64,000 nt of DNA from Chrysomallon squamiferum (taxonomy: Eukaryota > Animalia > Mollusca): positions 16,430,001 through 16,494,000 of the forward strand of contig CM022670.1 of assembly GCA_012295275.1 (NCBI GenBank), given 5' to 3'. Of this stretch, positions 54,901 through 64,000 are shown one piece after another. A program made the position numbers and the translations under genes. Under the pieces are notes generated by a model. That model was not told where the DNA came from. It made no database searches and saw nothing but the letters and a program-made list of their open reading frames with translations. How positions within the stretch are numbered: position 1 is the stretch's first letter; each line of letters opens with the position of its first letter.

Positions 54901-57900
54901 AGTAAGAATAAAATTTTCAAATAAAAATGTAATTGAAGATATCTGAATAATGTAAGATTAACTCCACAGAATAAAATAAGTAGACTTCAGTCCTGCTAAA
55001 ATTAAAAGCCAGGGTAACAAGTAAATGGACACATATCAAGCTAGTGCCACTCAATACCATAACAATGTCCTACCTATTTGGAATACCTCTTCTCAAATTG
55101 TAAAATTTTCTACAAATACAATCAGCATTTTAGCCCCTTTCTTTATTGTCTCTAATTTTTAGAAACCATCTTAATTTATCAGGTTATTTGTTATATAGAT
55201 AGTACTAACTTTCTTGTTGTGTGACAATCTTTTCAGAGAAGTAAATCCAAAGTGTGAAAAAAAAAAAAAAAAAATGTTAGTTTAGCTGTTTTCAAAAATA
55301 TTATTTTGGTTATTAAGTTAACACCCCACTTAGAGAAAGTCATAAAGCCAGTATTAGCACACAATTTTCTTATTTTATTTGAAATAAACAATAAAATGTA
55401 GGATCTACAAATAATAACAATTATCATAATAGTAACAACAACAACAGCAATTAATAATATATATACAAGGTAAAATAATCTTTTAAGAGACTTCTTAGTT
55501 GTTTCTGCAGAAGACAATTCACAATGCAGAACTTCTCTGACTGCAGTTTTCTTTAATCAGTCATTTGGGTAAAGAAACACACTCAGTAACTGTAAGTGAG
55601 AAAGAAAGTTAAGATAATTTTAAAACGGGCATCATACACACACGTTCTTACCTCTTTGTACTTGTTGATGAGCCAGAGGAAAGCCGTGTAATTCGTTTGG
55701 AGCAGGAGTTGGTGATGTTGTTTGCCTGGACAGTACTTGATATCCTCGGTGTTTTCATTGGAGACGTGACACCTTGTGCACTCTTTGATCCTACCTTTTG
55801 ATTTGGTTGTGACATAAATCTTTTGTGAAGCCTGATTTCCTCACCACTGAAACAAAAATCAGAAAACAATGAAGATATATTCACGAACAAAATGATTACA
55901 AATAACACACTTATAATAAACACCTTATTAAAATACTGTTGACATTAGTTTTCTCATATATTTTCTGAAAAATTAATCAATGCTTTTATTTTGCAGGGTT
56001 AGCATGAAGATGAAAATAAATGAATATAATCTGTCAATACTTTAATTCTTTGTTATATATACACACACAAAACTATTATCTCAAGTATCTAAATTATCCA
56101 TATTTGATATTATTTTTTTCAAAGCAGTACCTGGGGTGGTTGCAGCATATACACGAGTATTTACAGTCATCTAATGTGAAACAGAATTAAAAGTATTAAT
56201 CTACTGGGTAAATGGAGGTGTGAACAAAGCTGTGAAAGTTTCATACTCAAGTGTTCCAGTAGTGGCAGACCGGGGATGTTTTCGAGCAGCTTCATTTGAT
56301 TTAGTTTGTCACCCTGTGTTTCCACTGCATTGCTCCACGCAACTGGACCAGAATACATCTGAAATATATATACAAGTTAAAATTAAATTAACAGATGTAT
56401 TAAAAAAAATCTTTTTTTTTTTTATAATCTAATAATTGGTTCTTTCATTTCTAATAATAATCAATCACATAAATCTCTTTCAATGTCTTACTTTTTATAC
56501 AACTTTTCAAAGCCCAATTGTTATTGATAATTATTTTTATAACTGAATACATTTCCTTTTATATGAGAAATAGTTAAGAAAAAAAAAATGCTTCAAGAAA
56601 TGTTATCAAAGAGAAATATTACATTGAAGAACCTGTTGTATCATATCATATTTCTTGAAAATAGTTGAAATTCAGAACTGATCTGTTAACCAGGTTTGAT
56701 TCTTTGATGCTTACATATATCCATCATTACAATAATAAATAAATCTGAAAATAAAATATGCTATATTGAATACAAAAATGTTGATCGTTTTTACTATGAT
56801 ACTTACATTATCATCATCACAGTATTTGTAGGGATAGGTGCTATTGTCCAAAACATCCTGAATGCACAAATCATCCACCCCTGTGAGTATTCTTGAAACA
56901 CATGGCTTTTCTCTGTTTCGGTCTTTCAGTTTTGCACGATGCAAGTCACCCTGCATCCAAAGCCAAGCTTGTTTTCTGGAAGAATAATTTTGCACATCAA
57001 ACACTTTGACAACAAGTAATTTTTTATTTTTTTTATTTCTTTCTTTTTCTTGTAATGAAATTTTTTATTTCATGGAAATGTGTTGGTGAAAAAAGTTACA
57101 TTTCTAACTGTTAACCAGTTTACTTAAACACAATTTAGTAAAAAGATCTTTATTTTATATACAAGTTTTTAAATAGATACATGTAATGTAAGCTTACTCT
57201 TCAAGGAAGTTTTGCTGGGGTCCAATCACAGATCCTGGTCGTGAGATTCTATTCCATGCGATGGCTTCGGCAGCTGTGAATTTATAATGCTTCATTATGT
57301 AACAGCATATTAATGTGCCAGTCCGACCCAGTCCAGCTGTAAATAAATTTAAATATTTACAAGGTAAGTGAACAATTGCAGTTTAATTTTGAACAAACTT
57401 TCCTGAATGAAATGAGAAAATATTACAGTCGTACCTTTGCAGTGAACAGCAATCCCTCCTTCAGCATTTTCTGCTATTTCTAGGAACTGCCGGACAATTT
57501 TGTCGCTAGGGGACGCTGCCATCTATAAAGAAAAGATCATAAAATTCGAACCCTGCATCAGTGAATCTCCGAGCGTCATAGATTTTTTTGTTCAGTCGCA
57601 CAATTGTGGTGACGTTATGTTTACGGAAATACGGGAAATATGCTTCTGGTGCATGTAATGGATAACCTGAAAAAAAAAAGATGAAACTATTTTACATACA
57701 CTGTATTTCTGGTAATCACAGAATAATCAAGAAAAAATTCTATGAACTTTACCAAGTAAGAAAAAAAAAAAAAAAAACATTTATAAAATTTTATTCAAAT
57801 TAAATTTATCAGCTGAAAATATTTGTTAATTCTTAATTATCTCTCTATTTATGAGTTATTTCCCTTTGATCAAATTTATGTAAGATGTCTGAAAAGAATA

Positions 57901-60900
57901 CTGATTTATGAATTATACTGACATTTCATTTCAATGCAAATTAAAGGAACTAATTTTCATGAAGTGTTCATATCCAGATTACTTTCTAGCATATGTTATT
58001 CACTTGTATGATGCAAGAAATCAACCACTTATGACTGATTGTAACAAAGTTCCTAAATATCATTCAGTCAATTTTCTATTGGAATGAAAATTTTAGAACT
58101 GAAAAACAGCATTTTCAATTTTTGTGATGCTCTAAATACAATGCTTTAGTGATCAATAAAAATCTTCTATGGACACTTCACAATATTTAAATGCAAATTT
58201 AAAAAAAAGGTATGTAAAAATATATTTGAAATAATATAACAACAATTTAAATATTATTTTTAATTACTGAATGACCATATTCAGGTAGTTTTAAAGACCT
58301 ATCAAGCATTAAACAGTATAAACAAAATAAAAGGAATAAAATATTTCAGTGCACTATTAAATTAATAAACATATTTATAAACTGACACATGTTGTTATAT
58401 TTTAATATGAACAAATGTTATTACAAAAAACAGCTTGTAAGTAAATGAATAAAACAACATGCAAATTAATAAAATTTAAAAAAAAGACAAGAAAAATGTG
58501 GAAGTTAAAATAAGACAAGAAGCAAGTGTTCTAAGCAACTACAAGCTAGAGTAAAAAAAAAACAACAAAAAACAACTATAAAATACAGTAGCAATACTTT
58601 GTTTTGTTTTGATCAAACAAATATTAGTTTGTTTTTCTTTCTTTTTTTAAACTAGTATCATAATTACAAATACAGAACACTGTTAATAAATATGGAAAGG
58701 CATGCCGCACAAAGTGATTTGAAGCGAAAGATTTCTCATTCATACCATACTCTAGCCTGCTCTTTGGGTGTGGTCCACTAAAAGCTAGAAATTTGTTGGG
58801 AACAATCCAGTTGAGATCTCCATTCTCTACTCGCTGCAGGACCAAACAGAATACATGAAAAATTAGTAACAATGATACGAAACATATTATACAGAGATAT
58901 CTTTGGCCAACCAAGTTAAATTGCAAATTTGTTTTATATCTTGGAAGCATAGTAGTAGATTCAAGTTTATGTTTAGTGACACAATAATGACATTCTGGAG
59001 AGATTTGCTTGAGCGATATTAAGTGGAAATGTGTTACTATTATTTTCTTTTTGTAATCACATGGGTGTCTTTGTTAATTGGTGAATATTTATTATTTATT
59101 AATTTCATTTATTTTAATGTTTTTTTGACTGAAAAGCTGATGATCTGGATCCCCTAAAAGAGAAATAATTCCTGATACTTTATGGTGAATAATAGTTTTA
59201 AAAACAAAATGTGGAGAGACATTTATCAACCATTTACTACAAAAGTATCCTCCTACAGCTCCATATTAAGGCATTTATTTCTGAAACTGAAAACTTAGAC
59301 TGTATGAAACTGAAGTGGATTTCCTGGGAATAAATTACTTATATGCCATCATTTAATAAATGACCAATAAATTTCTGTTAATTAAATTTTTAACTTATGT
59401 GAGCAGGAACTTAATTATTAAACAAAATGTTAAAAAGGAAATAATGGCATGAATGTGTATTCCAAAAATAAAAACTAATTTTATACAGTGTCCATTTGGT
59501 TGCAACTAGAGAAAACATGCACCTGCAGCATAATTAGAGCTGACTGCTTGAGCACCAATTAATCTGCTTGTGTAGAAAACATAAGAACTTTAGCCATGCA
59601 AAATACCCTTGTTGTTTTGTGAAGCTCATGCCAGAAATGTTCTACTACTGAATTTAAGATAACTTCTTACAGAAAATTATTTATTTATATTTAAGAAACA
59701 GTTATATCATAAATTTGATCAAGAGTGTTTTTTACACTAACAGTAACACTGTCATTTTTTATTTTTACTGAAATGTAATTCAAGTTTAAATTCATTCAGC
59801 TATCTTGATTAATGTCCTGTTTTTGAAACACAGAAATAACTAACTACTAAGAAACCCGAAAAAGATTTTAACTTTAATGAGGATTAAGAAAAGAAGAAAA
59901 AAAGAGAAAAACATCCCACCCCAAAAAGCAACTGATGTTAAAAACTGATAACAATAACATCAACAGAGCAATTTTAAAATATCAATTAAACAAAACAATA
60001 ATTCTTTTTAAAAAGTAAACATACTTGATACTGTACCAAATACGTAATTCTTTAAAAATGAAAAAAAAAAAAAAAAAAAAAGTAAAAATATTAATAACAA
60101 TAACCAATAGTAACAAAAATTAAGAGAAAAATGAGCAGTTGAAATTTAGATTGTTTGACTGATGGTAGACTGTGATAGACTGGCAGGAATTACTATGTGT
60201 AAGTGTGTTTTGACTGATTTCAGTGGAGACATTGTGTCTACTTTTCTTAAAATAATAAATATTTAAAAAGTGTGCAGGCTTCCTAAGATTCTGCAGTTTT
60301 TTAAAAACAAATCTAAATAAATTTTCTAACTTTCTCAATGATTTTAAACTGCTCAACAAAACAAATAAATAAATATTTCTGACAGGCATTTCACAAAACA
60401 AAGACATGCATGCTGTTAGTATTAAAAATAAGAACACTGACTCTAACTTAGGAACTTATGTCTTATTATGTTTTCATACCATCAAAGTCTATCATTGATT
60501 TTGGGCGAGGCCCACAGAAAGCTAACATTTTTCCTGGCAATATCCAATTCAAGTCACCATTTTCTACTTTCTGTAACAAAATAAGTCCAATGGTATGAAA
60601 GACTGATGCTTTTACACCCCAGTTTAATGATGTTGAAAATACATTGCCAAATGCAGGGTTTTAAAATGCTAAATTCTTCTGCTGATCACTGAATATTAAT
60701 TTAAATGCCTTTTAATGTTTAAGATAATTTTTTCCCCTACCACAAGATATTAAAAAAATTATCTGAATATACTAAAAATATATAAATTTGGTGAATGTTT
60801 ACTCAAAAATGTTTTATGGATCTATGTATTTTTATTTCTTAGTCTCAAAATAATCTGTAAAATGTACATATTTAATAAAAAATAATTTTAACTCTCACTC

Positions 60901-62556
60901 TTTTGGCTGTTTACTTTTAAAGATTTTTGCAATGATAATGGTTGCTCACTGGGTGGTAGCAGCATGTTTCCTCTCTCATATCAACTGTTAATATTACACT
61001 GAGTAACAAGAGTTTACTTAAATATTATCTACACAATGTTACATGGATAGATGTTAAATGTTATAATACAATTATACAAATGGAACATTTAAATATTTAA
61101 AAGTCATTAACCAGAGTTTTTCGTTTATAAAACACCTACACCACTGATATTACTTATTAAAGTGTAATTTAAACTGAATTAATTTTCAGTAATTTTTTTT
61201 TATGACTACATACCTCATAATGTTCATACTCGTCAACATCAAATTTTTCAAAATTGAAAAAGCCATTGGCTAGAGCCTAACAATATAAAAATAACAAAAA
61301 TAATAAGACACAAAAACAATCTGTTCACACAGACGTGTGTGTGTATAAAAAGTAAGAAGATAATTTCTATATATGATTCAGTAGATAATTTCTGATTGGT
61401 CTGTTTAATTAAAAAAAAAATGAGGGAAAATAAAACCCATTATTTATTAACATGCAAAACATTTCAGATACCTTTGTATTTTTCAAATGTAATCTATTAA
61501 TAATTAAATTTGGCAGAACTGTTTTTTAAATCAATTTTTAAACTTTAATTATTACCATCACAACACTTTATAAGAAAATTGATAATTTTATTTAAAATGT
61601 TCAACTCTGGTAAGATAGCAGATTAGAAAAATTATGCTAGGTTATTTCATAATAAAATTTAATTATTTAGGTATTTTGAGGAGCAACAGTTACCTTGTTG
61701 ATGGCATGGAGACAATCCAGCAAGGTAAGATTAAATGAGCAAGACCCATATGCTGCATCCCTGAAAAAAAAAAAAAAATTTAATCAATGTGGAATAATTT
61801 GATTTTAATGTTTGAACTGGCAGTATTTATTTTGTTAATAAAAAAAAAAAAAAATAAAAAATAAGATTAACGTGTTTGTCTACAGTTGATGCAATTTAAT
61901 ATTTGTGATGACAAGCCTTTAGATAAGATTTAACTTTATACATCATGTATATTACTCAGTTTTCAAGATTTTATTTTTATTTTATTTTATTTTATTTTAT
62001 TTTAAACAAAATGAATTATATAATTTCAGTTATTAAAATCATGTGTGTGTGTTTGTGTGTTTTTAAAAGATAAAAATTCTTTCCATCTGACCCATTTCCC
62101 AGATAAACATCATGTTTACCCCAGGGTGACAACTTTTAATAGGTCAAACGATTAATTAATTGCTGTTGGGAATAACACCTGTCATGTCACCTCATGTAAA
62201 ATATCAGATGAAATAAAAATAATTTTTAAAACTATAATTCTAAGTTTTATCTGTTTTGTAACCACAAGACATACAATAAGAAAATAAGCCCTAGTGAGAG
62301 TAAAACCACACTGAACGTGTTATGGAGGTCAAGGCTGGCAACAGTTATAAACAGGTGTGTTTTGGGGAAGATACTATGTAGGTCAGCTGCTAAGAAGAAA
62401 AACACAAGTAACCTTACTGAACCTAACAGGCAGCAGCTGCTTTATCAATCACCAGCCTATCTACAATACTAAATGTTTATCTCTTTCTTTTTTACTCAGT
62501 AAACTTTCCCTCAGCAAAATTAAGGTAGAAATGCACGCTAATTAATGTAGTTCAAA

Positions 62557-62614
<58 letters not shown>

Positions 62615-63458
62615 TAAAATTTTGGGTAAATCTAAATGACATGCATTTAATTTACAAATATATTTTTAGAAATTATATGTTTAAATGAAAAAGTTCATTT
62701 ACTTATTAAGACAGATGTTTTGAATTTAATGAAAGGTCATTAAATATTGTATTAAATCAAAAACATACAAGAGAGTTGATTATCGAAAACTACATGCTAT
62801 ATATATATATATATACAAATCAATATAGTTATATACAGATTTATTACTCAACAAAATACATGAAATCAATATTCAGCCAGTATTTCAGCTTCAACTGTTT
62901 CTGCGTCAAGATTATATCATTTTCAAAAACAATTATGAAGACTAATAATTAACAGTTACTTGTTATCAATGTAGCCTGTGATCAGATTATTATTATTATT
63001 GTTGTTGTTGTAGCATGAATATAATACTGAAATATAGCTTAATTCTATCAAATTATACAGTTGATATTAATATCAGAATAAATGGGTATCAAAATAATAT
63101 CATACCTGAATGGCAGGTATGGTGGATTTGAGCCAGCAACAAGTGGCCTATAGGCTTCCTCTGGTGTTTTACTCAAATATATAATCTGAAATTGGAAAAT
63201 TTTACCATTTAATATTTTGAATAAAATTATTGGTATAAATCAAGGGGACAGAATATATAATACATATCAATAGAATTTCTATTACATGCATGACATTTTT
63301 CCCATAAATAAATTACAACTGAATAATTACTAAGTTTATACTGATATCGAAATCTATATACTTACAGCATAAGAGGCTATCAAGAAGGCTGCATTGGCAC
63401 GTTTCCTTGCATCAAAACTGGTATAATGGACTATTTTTTTCTTTGCCAGTGAGAAAGA
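50378..63458 (-). CDS. CDC14: Dual-specificity phosphatase CDC14 (CDC14A/B-like), 5'-partial; 12 exon segments in the window, two apparent 1-nt frameshifts
   Basis: Spliced translation ..[64 protein letters not shown]../[65 protein letters not shown]; catalytic HCKAGLGR split by an intron. Confidence 0.97.
52175..52316 (-). CDS. CDC14: CDC14 penultimate (possibly cassette) exon ([13 protein letters not shown]...YYLRSCDA)
   Basis: 142 nt, ctcccag|...|gtaagt, in frame with the preceding exon. Confidence 0.7.
55652..55846 (-). CDS. CDC14: CDC14 exon ([14 protein letters not shown]...SSTSTK)
   Basis: 195 nt, tttcag|...|gtaag; resembles the CDC14A tail (H.R..SQP). Confidence 0.85.
56247..56358 (-). 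CDS. CDC14: CDC14 exon (MYSGP...[24 protein letters not shown]), one base apparently missing
   Basis: QGDKL motif; the basic continuation lies in another frame and the next exon needs phase 2. Confidence 0.85.
56807..56975 (-). CDS. CDC14: CDC14 exon ([17 protein letters not shown]...DDDN)
   Basis: 169 nt, ttccag|...|gtaagt. Confidence 0.92.
57198..57336 (-). CDS. CDC14: CDC14 exon ([46 protein letters not shown])
   Basis: 139 nt, ttacag|...|gtaag. Confidence 0.95.
57435..57666 (-). CDS. CDC14: CDC14 exon ([13 protein letters not shown]...[32 protein letters not shown]), one extra base
   Basis: 232 nt where phase compatibility needs 231; extra base in the G4 run 57509-57512. Confidence 0.93.
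58746..58833 (-). CDS. CDC14: CDC14 alternative exon B ([30 protein letters not shown])
   Basis: 88 nt, ctgcag|...|gtatg, phase 0 to 1; canonical CDC14A-like sequence. Confidence 0.93.
60480..60570 (-). CDS. CDC14: CDC14 alternative exon A ([31 protein letters not shown])
   Basis: 91 nt, ttacag|...|gtatg, phase 0 to 1; homologous to 58746-58833. Confidence 0.85.
61214..61276 (-). CDS. CDC14: CDC14 exon ([21 protein letters not shown])
   Basis: 63 nt, tgttag|...|gtatg. Confidence 0.95.
61694..61760 (-). CDS. CDC14: CDC14 exon ([22 protein letters not shown])
   Basis: 67 nt, ttttcag|...|gtaac. Confidence 0.95.
63106..63185 (-). CDS. CDC14: CDC14 exon ([27 protein letters not shown])
   Basis: 80 nt, tttcag|...|gtatg. 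Confidence 0.95.
63366..63458 (-). CDS. CDC14: CDC14 exon ([31 protein letters not shown])
   Basis: 93 nt, ttttcag|...|gtaag. Confidence 0.95.
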
Positions 63459-64000
63459 CTGAAAACAAAAGAATAAACTTAAGTGATATGATTCATAAAT
63501 TAATTTTATTTTATATTTTTAAAAAGAATACCAAGAATACCATATCTGAAATATCAAATAGTTTACCTTCATATTTATTCAAGTGAATGATTTACAATGC
63601 TAATAAAACAAAAACCTAGGTATTTCTGAGTTAATTAAAATTAATTTGTATAACAAAAAAACAAAAACAAGATTTTTCAATGATAGCAACTTAAATAAAA
63701 TTGGTATTTGTATTTACACTTTGTCATTCATTTCTAAATAAGTATGAAATTATTTTTAACCTTTGAAGTTAAACAAACAAAAAATCTCAAATTAAAAATT
63801 AAAAAATAAAAGAATAAATACTATGAAAGTTGTAAATAACATGTATTTAATTAATGATTTAATCTACTTCAAAAGAGAAAACTGAGAGTTAAGAAGGTCA
63901 AAATATTTTGACATAAAACCTTAAATACAGCTGCACTTTGTTTCAAATTGAGGGGAAACAAACTAAATTCCAGATGTCATTCATACAATAAATAAATAAA

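Noticed and set aside
57506-60570. Idea that including both duplicated CDC14 exons compensates the downstream frameshift
   Set aside because: Double inclusion would read exon B and the conserved YPLHAPE region out of frame; each exon is coding only in its own frame

Overview
AT-rich, microsatellite-laden, intron-containing animal DNA, most likely a gastropod mollusc (VERL/VEZP-type ZP protein plus the protostome microRNA mir-1993). From left to right: a probable first exon of a minus-strand gene leaving the window; an RTE-like 5'-UTR remnant; two divergent paralogous single-exon, N-glycosylated single-TM genes with a KCNE-like architecture, flanking a two-exon vitelline-envelope ZP gene; a cryptic 4-exon orphan membrane-protein ORF missed by the ORF track (20.6-23.7 kb); a multi-exon, apparently non-coding + strand transcript hosting a clear mir-1993 hairpin (38.4 kb); several minisatellites and a two-copy ~0.6 kb dispersed repeat; and the 3' part of a minus-strand CDC14 phosphatase gene. 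CDC14 carries a duplicated, frame-enforced mutually exclusive exon pair, a terminal exon readable in two frames, and two single-base frameshifts that look like assembly errors. All calls come from manual reading and remembered family motifs; no searches were run.
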